NCBI RefSeq assembly: GCF_009834535.1
Contig: NC_045698.1
Coordinates: forward strand, 4,900,001 to 4,964,000
Direction of reading: 5' to 3'
Length of the DNA stretch: 64,000 nt
Source: Camelus ferus
Lineage: Eukaryota
The position numbers and the translations under genes are program-made. The notes beneath the pieces are model-generated. The model had not been told where the DNA came from and ran no database searches. It saw nothing but the letters and a program-made list of their open reading frames with translations. Shown here one piece after another: positions 1 to 11,984 of the stretch; position 1 is the first letter of the stretch, and each line of letters starts with the position of its first letter.

Positions 1-59
1 CCCCCTCCCTGCCCCCAGCATGCTGAACATTCTTATTCAAGGCATAACATTCTTTTTTC

Positions 60-370
60 TGTTGCAATCTGGTATTTATCCTCTCAATCACTTTTAGAGA
101 AAGGTTTTTTTAAACACAATTTCTCCTTAAAACATTGCTGTGGCATTAGAGTTTTCTACTCTAAGGCAAATAGAAAAACAGTTTGTCCCAAATTTGTCAT
201 TTAAATTTTTTTCAACTATTTTAGAAATTTTCTTCCCCAGGGATAAAAGCTTTTTCCATTTCCCCCTCTTCTCTGACCCTTCCAGGTTAGCTTTTAAGAA
301 GATTATGATATCAAAGAATCATTCTTATTGCCAGAGATATCTGAGTTTCTTTTTGGAAGAATTTTAATAA
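60..370 (-). mobile_element. Very decayed L1/HAL1 ORF1 C-terminal fragment
   Basis: Minus strand is A-rich and reads ...ttcttaaaagctaacctggaagggtcagagaagag...tggaaaaagcttttatccctggggaagaaaattt, loosely like the L1 ORF1 'DFS..TLEARRQW..AFKVL.E' region. Confidence 0.3.
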
Positions 371-1240
371 AGTTTCTGTTTGATGCAGGCAGGCTGAAGA
401 TTCATTGTTTATACTAGAGAGAAAGCAGAAGTAGGATGCAAAGAAAGAAGAATTAGAATGTTCAGCTACAATCTGGACATTTCTCACTTGGAAGAGATCT
501 TAATTGACATGAAAATAATGCCACAGAAAAATTCCAGACCTGAGGCTGGAGAATCTCTCCAAGGTCCCGTCTTTCCTCAGTTCAGCTTGAATGGTGTCAC
601 TTTCTTTTGACAGAGGAGGGCGTTTGGGCAGAGACTTGAAGGCTCTTCCGACTGCGTGCCTGCCTGCACCCCGCTTCGCCCCGGCTCTGTGAGGGCTGCA
701 GTTTTTCTCATGCTCTGTCTTCAACACGTGAAGGGAGAGGAAGATGATCTCTACTATTTCCTAGGTTTATTTCACTTGTTTCAAAGTCTCAGTCTGGAGG
801 CATTCTCTAGCTCCTAATCTTGTCTAAATCCACGTCTATTTACAAAATCTCCACGGTTTATCTAAGACTCCAATCCCCATTCTCCATTCTGTTAGTGTTG
901 TTTTGGTGGCTCCGTAGTGATAAAAAGTGAGAAAAGACTCGTCTCTCTAAGGACCCCTTTTTATTCCAGCAGCAACAGACTTTCGTCACTTATCTCCACT
1001 TTCCTTGGCTTTGGTGACTCAGCAAATACGCAAGAACTTGGGGAACATGAGGCATTTCAGAGAGTGTGGAGTTAGCTCAGAGATGCGTACCAGTGCCGGT
1101 CCAAGTCTTCCAGGTTCTGGGTTCTTCTTTCCCCTCTTTTAGTTCATGTAGCATAAATTTCCAGACACTTCTTTCTGACTGCATCTAAAAATGACAAACA
1201 TTGTCTTCCAACTGACATCCCTGTAAAGGATGTTCTTGAG

Positions 1241-1295
<55 letters not shown>
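1241..1295. repeat. Compound (TG)n(TA)n microsatellite
   Basis: Read directly from the sequence. Confidence 0.95.
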
Positions 1296-2579
1296 GTCTC
1301 AGATATGCCAGATCCACTGTGATGAATCTGCATTTTAGCAGAAGGATGCTAGCAGTTGTTTGTGACTTTTTTGTGGTAAGAGGATATTAGCAGGTCACAT
1401 ACATATTCAATGAATCAGTTGCTGAAAATATACTTAAGACTGCATGGCATTTCCTTTTTTCCAGTCAGGAAGAAGTGATGTCTAGTTTTGTTTTCGTTGC
1501 TCTCAGAATGTAATGGCAGCAATGGATAGACAAGAGAAACTGAAGTTTTAATGAAGACGGGGTTAAAACCTTTTTTCCGTTGGTTTCGCGGTTTTGTGGA
1601 AAACTTGATTCCATCAGCGTCCCGAGTGCCTTTGATTTCCTTGTCACATTTCCACACGCCAAAGAAAAACATGCTACATGTGTTCTTGATTGTATTTTGG
1701 AAGCAGCAGTGCACTCACAGCCAGAGCGCCAGGCGGCAGGCTTCCGGGGTTTGCTCAGTCGCTTCTGAAGTGCTTTCCTGGGAAGCAGGCGCTTCTCTCT
1801 GCTCGTCCGAACGCCCTGGTTTCCAGATCCCTCTCCTGCACCGTTTCCAGCAGATCCTCTCCTCCCGCTAACTCAGATGCTCCTTCCACCATCCAGCCAC
1901 ATGCACCCTCCCCGCCCTGCTCTGCGCTTCAGGCTGGGCTCCTCTTTCACCCAGAGCTTCGCTTGCATCTCCTTTCTCATCCAGATTCATCCCCAAACCC
2001 AGCCTGACATGCGTTGCCCTCCACAGCCACCAGCTCACGGTCCCCATGACTTTCAAGTCCCAGTTCACACATTTGTCCCTCACCTCCAGACAAAATATTC
2101 TCTCCCTACACAGAATTCTGGCCTCTATATTCTTTCAGGGCTTAAGATGACTTAACCTTTCCCAGAAAGTTTTCCAAGACAAGTACTTCTTCAACTAATA
2201 TTTATTCTGTTCACCTGTCTACTTGTCTGTCGGTCTGTCTCTCATCTCTCCTTTCCTCCCTTCCTCACCTCCTTCCATCACCCCGCTGTCTCATCTACAA
2301 TCTGTCTGTCTGCTGTCTATCATCCTTTCGGATGCTCGTGAGTCATGCTGTGTCTTGGGCCCCTTTCCTACCTGCGCCTTCGTCTACACACCTGCCTGTC
2401 CAAAGGCGCACTTAAAAGAAAAAATGTCTTATATTCTTTTGTGACTTAAAAATATCAATCTCAGTATTCTGTAACCTCTGATCATAGATATGTCATATTT
2501 CCCTATTTACTTTTTAAGTTTCTGATAGACCTTCTTTTTTCTTTTTTCCTGTACCTAGCACAATATCAAGCACAGCCGT

Positions 2580-2790
2580 ATATTTTAAATACACATTTTA
2601 GCATATATGACATATAATATTATGATTATTTGATATAGAATACAGTTAATATATAACTCAATATATAACATATATCTAATTATACTTTATATAATTAATA
2701 TAAATTAATATTTAAGTTAGTATATATTTAAGTTATATAATATATTTTAACACATATTTTAACACATATTTTAATAAATATTTTTTGAAT
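2580..2790. repeat. AT-rich low-complexity tract
   Basis: Almost exclusively A/T with TATA-like units and a short duplicated 'atattttaacac'. Confidence 0.8.
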
Positions 2791-2835
2791 TGAATTGAAT
2801 TTGTTTCTCTTACAGAACAAGTTTGCCCCTTAAAA

Positions 2836-3060
2836 CAGCATTTTCAAGCTTTATTTTCATTATAACCCCCTAAGGAACTTTTTAGACACATTTTCTCTAA
2901 TTGCCTCTCATGAAATTTTAATGCCATGGATGCACTTTTAGGTGTTTATTCATTCTATGTATGCTTGTGCTTTATATATGAGTAAGATTTTTTTTCTCCC
3001 CTCCCTGCAAAATAATTTTCTTCCTCTTGGGGGTAACATCCCTATGTGATTGCATGTTCT
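2836..3060. mobile_element. Old hAT-type MITE (MER96B-like)
   Basis: 'ttttcattataaccccctaaggaactttttagacacatttt...catgaaattttaatgcca...ttgggggtaacatc' resembles the recalled consensus; subfamily uncertain. Confidence 0.5.
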
Positions 3061-3236
3061 ACAATATATTTTTCATATTGACTAAGATCTAAAGTTAATA
3101 TACCTGATAATATATGTTTCATAATTATGACAAGGGAATCTCTTGTGGTCTTTAGGAAATATTAGTGTTTTGTAGTTTCTCTTTAAAATCTTCCTCTTCA
3201 AAGTATTTGAGGAATTAGATCAGTAATATCAGAGAC

Positions 3237-3390
3237 GGGGAGGAGGGTGTAGCTCAGGGGTAAAGTGTGTGCCTAGCGTGCACAAGGTCCTGGGTTCAAT
3301 CTCCAGGACCTCCATTAAAAGAAAAACAACCTAATTACCTACCCCTTCTAAAAAAATTAAGTTAAATTAAATTTAAATTAAAAAAATAAT
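3237..3390 (+). mobile_element. Camelid tRNA-derived SINE (Vic-1 type)
   Basis: gagggtgtagctcag (A box) ... ggtcctgggttcaatctcc (B box), then 'aacctaattacct' and an A-rich tail. Confidence 0.85.
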
Positions 3391-4589
3391 TTCCCTACTT
3401 TTTATTAATAATAAAAAACTATGTTTATCCAAGCAATATCTAATATTTTTAAATGGCCCGTTACAGAAGCAGCCTCCACAAAGCTAATGTAATCTCTGCT
3501 TCTTCTGAAAGGTGCAAATGTCACCTCCAAGGCTGCATCCCACAGCCAGTTCATAACCTTTTGAAAATGTTCTTTGACCTACCTAATGGCTTTTCTCTTC
3601 TCTGAGAGCGTTTCCACTGCAGAACTGTAAGATCACACTACTAAAGACAAGGCATATTTCTCTTCTGGTGGGGAAGAGGAAAGCTTCTTGTAGCTGTTCC
3701 CGCTAACTACTACCTGTCCGCCAGCCTCGTGTCACAAAGCCAGCTGATTTACTCTGCTGTCTAGTGCCAACAGGCTCGCAAAACTACGTTTAGGAGTAGG
3801 GGCGCTTTGTCTTGCTGGGTTTTCTGCTCCTGGGAGGTTTGACTGTGACTTGTAACCCACCTGGGCAAGGAAAATTCCCTAAGTGGGCAGTTTTCTTTAG
3901 ATTATTCTCCTTGCATACCCAGTCTGGGCACCAGAATTTTTAATGATCTATGTCCACTTATCTGTTTATATGAATGTGTATGTAACTGTGATTTTGTACA
4001 ACAACCCATAAATAATATACAATACTGCCTGGGTATCAACATCCAATTCCTCTTGCCCATAAATGAGTTGGTCAAGAAAAAAAAATCCCTAAGGGAAATC
4101 CTAGTGAATTTGTCTTTTAACATCCAGCTTCTACTGTGCCTCTTCTAACTCAGAAGACAGGGTGTCTCAGCCAAGGTCCTTTAGAAAGACAGACCCTGAC
4201 ACAAAGATTGCAGTGCTGCTGTGTTTTTCGGCAGGTGCAAGGGCAGGGAGGCTGTGACCATGTGATGGCCGCCTTGCACGCTGGACACTGCTTCCCAAGG
4301 AGCCGCAAAGAGACACAGCAGGCTTGCCCAGCAGAGGTGCTCACCTCGCACTAGGGCTTCTCCAGGTGTGAGCAGAGGGGAAAGGACGGGTCTGTGTGCC
4401 CAGCTCTCCTATGTCTTCTGTTTCCATCAGTTGACATTTCCCTCGTGGGGAGATTAATTCCACGCATTTCTGGATTGAGTCATCCTGGCTCCTAGTGGAC
4501 ACTCCAAGCCAGATACCACAATCTAAGGTGTGTTCTTTTATCCAAGGCCAAAATGCAGGAGAGAAAGAATCAGAGAAACTGCTGGGACC

Positions 4590-4730
4590 CAAAGAAGGGC
4601 CCGGGTTTGAGTCCCACTCCTGATGGCTATTTCTCAGGGCCCGCTGGGCGAGCTGCATCCGTACTCACTCAGAGCTCAGATTTTAAACAGGAGCCTTTAA
4701 TGCATCCAATCTAGGGAGAATTTGCCTTCT
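4590..4730 (+). mobile_element. MIR SINE fragment
   Basis: 'gggtttgagtcccactcc...ctgggcgagct...ctcagagctcagattttaaacagg' resembles the MIR core. Confidence 0.5.
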
Positions 4731-5184
4731 TCCAAAGTGCTCACCTAAATTCCTGCCACCAGGCAGCCCCTCCCTGGGGTCTTGACGTTTTCTTAGTCTC
4801 TGAGGCTTTTCCAGACTTTGAGCACTTCAGGGCCAGAGACCATATCTTCTCCCACCTCCTCCACTGCACACTCTGGGACGGATACGCACTCCGGTGAGCT
4901 TGCTGAGTAAAGGAGTGAATGGAAAATTGAATGGCACTCTTCGCTGTCTCTCTATTCCATTCCCCCCAACTGAGGACTGCCCCCGGCAGCACGTTGTAGT
5001 GGCGTGTCTCATATCTCATTACTTGAGGCAGGAAGACGAAGTTCTCGCTGAAACCTGTGCAGAACAGGATGCCTCACCATGCAGAATCGTAGACATGATG
5101 ACCTTCACAATGGCCTTAAAGAATTCCTCTGGGCTGCTTACTGCTATGAATAATGGAAGAATACTGTCCATTTGCTGCTTATTA

Positions 5185-5410
5185 TAATCCAAGAATTGTG
5201 CTGAGCACTGCACTGGACGGTCCAAATAGTCCTCAAAGCGATCTTAGGAGGCAGGCATCCTTGGTCTGTTTCCTACTTGAGCAAACAAGCTAACGGATGG
5301 TAAGTGCCTTGCCTTGGTAAGTAAATGATAAGCTATCTATCACATAAACGTAGGGTGTGATTTGAACCCAGCTACATCTGACTCAGAACTTGTGATGATA
5401 ACCACTCCTT
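5185..5410 (-). mobile_element. MIR SINE
   Basis: 'gtgctgagcact...ggtaagtgccttgcc...gatttgaacccagc..tctgactcag' is the antisense MIR pattern. Confidence 0.6.
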
Positions 5411-5455
5411 TGTATTATGCGGCACGTAGTGTAAGAAAGTAGCATTATTTTACAG

Positions 5456-5662
5456 CAGTGACTCTCAACCTCAGGCAGTTCTGCTCCCGCAGGGGACATC
5501 TATCAGTGTCTGGAGACATTTTTGGTTGTCATGACTGATGTATGGGTGGGTAGCAGCTGGCATGTAGTGCATTGAACATCCTCTAATGCCCAGGACAGCC
5601 ACCCCTCCCCACCAGGAACTGTCCAGCCCAACTGTCAACAGGGCTGAAGCTGATAAACTCTG
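5456..5662 (+). mobile_element. MER20 (hAT-Charlie MITE)
   Basis: CAGTG..CTCAACC start, 'caggggacat...gtctggagacatttttggttgtca', 'acatcct..aatgcccaggacagcc', end 'gataaactctg'. Confidence 0.85.
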
Positions 5663-7074
5663 ACCACCAGGAGCAAACATCTTCCCTGATGACAGGTACA
5701 GGCATACAATCTAAGCCCAAGAATGTGCGCAATTTAAAGATTACCTGGGCTTGTTTTAAAATTTATGTCTACTGGTACGCACTGTAAAACTATCTGCTCT
5801 AAACTGTCCCTGCACGTGATTACTAAATTCATCTTTGTTGTTGTTGCCTCTTTACCGGGTCATTGCCGATTTGCTTTTCTTCGTATAAACCTGCATTTAC
5901 TGTTTTCTCTAAATATAAGTCCCAGACACCAATCTGTCTTTGTGCTCTTAGATCATCGAACCATGATTTGTTGACTGTCCATTACATCATCAACACACTA
6001 GAAGCGTGGTGGCGACTCAGTACCCGAGGGGTGCTCCAGAACCTGGAGGCGCCCGGGAAGCTGGCCCCCCAAGGTGGGGAGGTCTGAGCGATCAGAGGAC
6101 ATGGCATCCCAGGAGGGGGAAGCACTGCCAGGGAAGACCCCAAAGAGAGTGAGAGCACAGGGCCTGCAGGACATCAAAAGAGCAATGCAGGATCACCAGA
6201 GGGGACATTGTAATCAAATGGCCAGTGAAGTTGAGCGGAGGCCTAAGCCAAACTGCAGATGCTCTTGAAAATCAGACTCAGAACTTCGCGCCTGGCTCAA
6301 TGCAGGAAAGAGCCCCTGTGCTTCTTGTCTTCCCGGCAGCAGGCCCTTGGGGGGCAGGAGTTCCTGGCTGCAGGAAGGCGCCACCTGGGGCTCTGACTCC
6401 AGACACCTCTGCAGCGGACCTGGTTTCTTCAGCCCCCAGGCATTGCTGTGCAGTCGCTCTGCCCAACAACAGGGAGGCCTGTTTAATTTTTAGAGCCTAA
6501 TACTATTAATAACAGAGAAGAACCAGAGAGAAGAGATCTCTAAACGCTTGAAGTAATTAATACAGTTCTTTAATCCTTGCTCTTGGTCTGCAGTTCTAGA
6601 AAAACACTCCGAGTGTGAAAGTCCACTTTCCACACCCTCTGGGGGCAGCATTAGCTTTCTTTCTAACATTCCTGTCCCTTCGGATCAGTCCTTTGTCAAA
6701 GACCATGCTAAGCCTTTCTGCAAGATGGAGTCCCCTTCCCCAGGGCAGGACCAAAGACAGTAACCCTATCCCACCCCCCACCCCGCACGATGTGCTTCCA
6801 TCACTGTGCGTCCCTGAGGCCCCACAGCTGGTGACCTGTAGATATAAGGAAGGCCGCTCCCAGAAGTACTGCCCCTCAGAGAAGCAGACACTTCTGAGGA
6901 ATCTCTTAGCCAGAGAAGAAATAAAGAATATGCACATTAAACTAACATTTCCTCACCACCCGCTATAAACCAGGCTCTGAGTTTAGCGGACTAACATGTG
7001 TTAACCCGTGCAATGCTCTCAACATCCCAGTGAAGGAGGTTAGTTCCTATTATTTGCATTATTAAAAAATGGTC

Positions 7075-7745
7075 TTGCTCAAAAGAGTAGAAAACATACA
7101 CCCACCTACAAACCTGCACACAGGTGTGTAGAGCAGCTTTACTCGTAATAGCTAAAACCCACGACACCGCCACAGCGTCCAAGGTGAGGGGATACATTTA
7201 TAAACTCTGTACATCCAGACAATGGAACATTTGTCAATGCTAAAAAGAAATGAGCTACCAAGTCATGAAAATGCATGGAGGAACCTTAAATGCCCATTAT
7301 TCAGTAAAAGAAGCTAATCTGCAAAGACTACATACAGTATGATTTCAGTCTATGATATTCTGGAACAACCACAGAGACAGGAAAAATACCAGTGGTTGTC
7401 AGGGGCTAGGGAAAGGGGAGGGGTGAACAGACTGAGCACAGACAAATTTTAGGGCAGAGGAAATACTCTGTATGATCCTGTGGTGATGGACACATGTCAT
7501 TAAACTTTTGTCCAAACCCGTAGAACATACACCACCAGGACTGAACCCTAATGTAAACTGTGGACATTGGGTAATTGTAATGGATCAGCGTAGGTTCATC
7601 AATGGTAAGAGGTCTACCACTCCGACTGCGCTCTTGATAAGGGAGTGTGTGAATGTGTGGGGGCCGGGGGGACATAGGAAAATTCTGTACCTTCTGCTCA
7701 ATTTGGCTGTGAATCTAAAGATGTTCTAAAACAATTAAGTCTATA
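7075..7745 (+). mobile_element. L1MC-type LINE-1 3' end
   Basis: 'ggaggaaccttaaatgc', 'tgtccaaacccgtagaa', 'tgaaccctaatgtaaactgtggac', 'ttggctgtgaatctaaa' are typical of L1MC1/2 3' UTRs. Confidence 0.8.
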
Positions 7746-8856
7746 AAAATTGTACTGAAAATATTAATTGAGGACAAACGGAAATGTTTGTCTTCGAAAT
7801 GCATCTTAATCTTTCTGGTTTTGCTTTAAATCTCCATGCAATTCACTCGTTAGCAATGTAATATGTACAAGATAGCTCTTTCTGTCTCTGGTAATCTGAA
7901 GAGTATCTTACAGTTCCACAGCAATGTGTTCGAAATATAATTTTGATAACATTTGCTGAAAATCTAATCTCCCTCCTGCCTGTGATTTTTCACCTGCTAG
8001 TTTCCTTCTGTTTTGGAGATTTGGGGATTCACTTTGTGAGGACTCTCCAAAGTATTTTGAGAGACATTTAAGTTCAAGAGAATTTCCCTTGATCTCTACA
8101 ATATGTTTGAAAAAATCATTCTCATGTGTATGGTAATTTAATAAATGATTCAAATCAAAAGCCGCATGCTCCCAACTGTGTAACACAAGTAAGGTTAACT
8201 GACAGTGTGGAGAGGAGGAATTCCCAAACTGCAGTAAAAGTTAATAAACACTGGACAACTTAGCCTTCATATGTCAACACGTTTTCATACAAGAGACAAG
8301 ATAATTCGGTCCAAGAGGCTGTCCAAGGTAGCCATCACCATCCCCAAGTTGGACTCTTCCTTCATCACTCCAACTGCATCCTTCTGTCACTAAGATCTAG
8401 TGGCCCAGCCAAGGGCCCAGGGACAATTCAACAGGAGTGAGTGACTTCGCTTGGTGGGGGGTGGATGGCTCTTTGCTACAAGAGCCACAGGTCTGTTTAT
8501 ATTTCTTTATTGTTCCTGCATCTTTTCTCCAAATGGTCAGGTGGCTTCAGTGTTTTGAAAATGGTTTATTCCCCCTCTCTAAACTGTCATAGTTTCTTTC
8601 ATTTCTTCATTTGATTTTTTTTTTCAATTTGATTTATCAGTCTAACCGTTTCCTCTCACTAAGTTTCGATTTCAGTTTGGTCTATTCTCAGAAATGAGTG
8701 ATGCTTTGTCTTGACTTTACTCATGTGGGTGGCAGCCCTTTTCAATCTTTTTTGTCACTTTCTCCCAACTTTCTGAGCATTTTTCTTATTCTTGTATCAT
8801 TTCAAGTGAGGTTTTATTAAGAGAAAACATTACTAAGGGATCGTTTTCGTTGGTAG

Positions 8857-9300
8857 TATGGATGAAAAATTAATCAATTGATCTAAAAAAGAAGCGGAAT
8901 ATTTTATTTGAGCCAAATTTGAGGATTATAACCCAGGAAGAGCATCTTCGAAAGCTCTGAGAACTCATTCACCCATTGGAAATCAAGAAACAGTTGTATA
9001 AGTTTTTTGAGACAGAGGGCTGTACACTAAATGATGTATTATTGACAGTTACACGGTCCAGAGCTAAGCTCCTTACAAGACCTAAAAGGAATGTTATCTT
9101 TCAAGGCGCTGTCTTGCTGATGCTGGGAGAAAGCTGCTCCTCACGGATGAGCAGATGTCTCTGCCCAAAGGGAAGGTTGGCTGACGTGTAACACAAATAT
9201 ACAATGCACAGTGGGGCAAGAGAGGAGGCCAAAGGGCAGAGAAATGTTTTCGTGTTTAAATTTTTCTCGTCTTGTCATAAAATATGAATTTTATTTCAAA
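8857..9300 (-). mobile_element. ERV1-class solo LTR with 4-bp TSD (gtag)
   Basis: gtag at 8853-8856 and 9301-9304; ends are each one substitution from TG...CA; antisense poly(A) signal in 'ttttatttgagccaaatttgaggattataacccagg'. Confidence 0.7.
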
Positions 9301-10666
9301 GTAGCTTTCTTTTTCCCCCCTTTAGAGGTGAATTAGGAGAACAGAGACACAGATCTGGAGTTAAGATAACAGAGGTGAAGTCTCAGTGCCCGATGGGCAA
9401 GACCAGTCTGCGAGAGCATGAGCGTGTGGCCAGGCCCAGGATGCTCTGGGCGCTTAACGGAGCAGGCTGTGTTGGTCTGGAGGTTAGGAGGACCTCTCTC
9501 TGGAGCGACTTTCATCTGGAGGAGGCAGGGTGAGGCAGTGGGGTCTGGGAGACTCCACCCTGGGGCCGTGGATGGGGCCTGGACTCACTCAGGACATGCT
9601 CTTCAGGGAGTGGTGACAGGAAACAGGGCAGGGAGGGGGATGAGCTAATGGAGTTGAATTATCCCTAAGAGGTTTGGCCTTGGACTGACCTGGTGGGGGT
9701 GGGATGGGGCTCTGCAGGACCACACGGAGTGGTTCCCTTGGAGTCAGACAAGTGGTCCTTTGTGTCCACTATCTCTTGGTCCTTATCTGTGGGCCTCCTG
9801 TTGGGGGGGGGGGCTTCCATCAGCGGAGGGCTTGCTCTGAAGCCCTCCAGGGAAGAGGTTGGCTCTGAGCAGGAAATTCTCCCAGCCTGAAGGCCTTTGA
9901 CTGAGAAGTATGCAGGCAATCTGTTCATATTTAGATTTTAAATAACTGATTATTTACCTGCCATTAGTGCGCACGTGTTTTCTCCAGGCTGCATTTCAGA
10001 TTTGGAGTGCCATCTTTGTCACACAATTGTTTTTAATTTTCATCTTGCACAATCTGTCAGCCTTTTCTTTTATGGTTACTGGGCTTGGTGACCTACTTAA
10101 GGGATTCTGGCTTTTGTTTTTCTGTCTGTAACACATTTTGTTTTGAGTATCTCATTGTAAACTTCAAGACTGACTGCAGCCTTCCTCTCTGACAATGTAA
10201 TTTTTTGACCCCTAGGTGCTGCCTGTGATTTGGGTTTATATAACCGGAACACCCTTCACAGTATCTTGTGTGGTTCTTAGCTCTCCAGGCCTTAAACCAA
10301 ACTCTCTGCTCTCATATTGGCCCATCACAGGGTTATTGGGTACCCTAGGCCCTTATGTGTTGCTCTATGTTCCCCAAGGAAGAATTCAACCACACAGTAT
10401 TTAGAACAGCAAGTCCATTGGAAAAGTATCAATTCTATTTGCATTAAATCTCCTGTTGTCTGTTTTCCTTTTTATGTTTTAGTTATATGTGCTGTTAATG
10501 GTGCCCCTAACTTTTAAAAAGGCTTTGTGACACATTGTATGGAAGCAGTTAGGTAGATTTAATATTTTCCTCTTCTCAATTAGGAACAAATGACTGCTTT
10601 GTAAATAGTGAGGCAGCCATAAGTGTGTTTTAAAAATGTTCTCACCCACCCCCAATGCTGCCACAA

Positions 10667-10672
10667 AATATA

Positions 10673-10722
<50 letters not shown>
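10667..10722. repeat. (TG)n(TA)n microsatellite
   Basis: Read directly from the sequence. Confidence 0.95.
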
Positions 10723-10727
<5 letters not shown>

Positions 10728-11084
10728 TGCAAACTGAAGTGTGTTCGCCTTTTCTCTCAGGGGTGTGTGTGTGTGGGGGGTGTGTACATGCACAAATGCT
10801 CACATTGTGTTAGAACTTTCAAAACATAAAAGCGTAAGGAAGAATACAGAAGTTTTCCACAGCCCTGCCATCAAAAGGCAGCCGTGTTGACTGTCAGCTG
10901 TATCACGTCCTGTATGTACAACGAGCTTGTGTTTGATGCACTCTCCATGATGTCGTAGACTCAGCGAGCACCTGCCTGTTCACTCGGCATCGCTGCGGGT
11001 GTCTCCTGGTGCGATGCACTTATGCTGTCTTCACGGCTACAGGGCATTTTAGCAGTTGGGACCCAGAGGCCGTGCAGGAGAATC

Positions 11085-11503
11085 TTCCCTTTGGTCGAAG
11101 GCAAGGACGGACGCCTCTCAGCAAGAGGTGCAGCCCATTACTCCGCTCTTGCATCCGGACTGACTGCGACTTGCTTTATCCAGTAAAATGTGACTGGAGT
11201 AACTGTTTCTTGAGTTCCGAGGCTGGGCTTCAAGCCCTCTGCATGTTCCTGCTCATGTGTTTTGATGCCCAAGCTAATGGGCGGGGGGATGAAGACACGT
11301 GAAGAAAAAGCCCAGCCAACCCAGCCTTACCCACTGAGGCACCAGACGCTACATCAAAGCAGCCAAGAGAGGCAAACGCAGAGGAGACCAGAACCGCCAA
11401 GCCAGGTCCAGCCCACACTGTCAAACTGCAGAATAAACGATTTTTATTTTAAGCCACTAAGTTTTGGAATGGTTTGCTGTGCAACAAAAACTGTATCTGA
11501 TAT
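11085..11503 (+). mobile_element. MLT1 (ERVL-MaLR) solo LTR
   Basis: 'gacttgctttatccagtaaaatgtga' and the 3' end 'aataaacgatttttattttaagccactaagttttggaatggtttgctgtgcaac...ctgatata'. Confidence 0.75.
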
Positions 11504-11509
11504 AACCAA

Positions 11510-11800
11510 TTTGACTAGTCAACGATTTTGAGTATTTCGGCTGTCTCTATCCTTTTGCGAATATCCAAACTAATCTAATGAACATCTCTGAACACGTGTT
11601 TTTATGTGCAGATCCAACAGATCATTTCCTCAGTATAAGCATCTAAACTAGTGCTAATGAGGGAAGAGAAATAAAAATGTGAAAATTCTTGGTAAATGAG
11701 GCTAAGCTGTTTTCCAAAGTGGTTGTATTACTTTACAGCCCCACAACCATGGTGTGGTATTGCCTGTTTATTCACGCTTCTACCAACGTGGGATCCTTTA
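11510..11800 (-). mobile_element. Old L1 (L1M) 3' region fragment
   Basis: 'aagctgttttccaaagtggttgtattactttacagcccccacaacc...ttctaccaacgtggg' is antisense L1 ORF2-end/3' UTR. Confidence 0.6.
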
Positions 11801-11984
11801 TTAAAAATAAAACTCATGGGTATTATATATACATACACATCTTTGTTTAATTAGAAACTTCAGTATTTTGGGGGTTAGTCATATATATATATATATATAT
11901 ACACACACATACACATTGTTTTGAGTATCTCATTGTAAACTTGAAGACTGAGATATGACATACATATATGACATACATATATAT

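Noticed and set aside
3241..3315. tRNA-like sequence with A and B boxes (also at ~31710-31783)
   Set aside because: These are SINE heads: degenerate cloverleaf, SINE body and A-rich tail, and the second copy has a TSD.
8480..8810. T-rich plus-strand tract that could be another retroposed insert
   Set aside because: Composition is most consistent with very old antisense L1 sequence; no coherent translation found.
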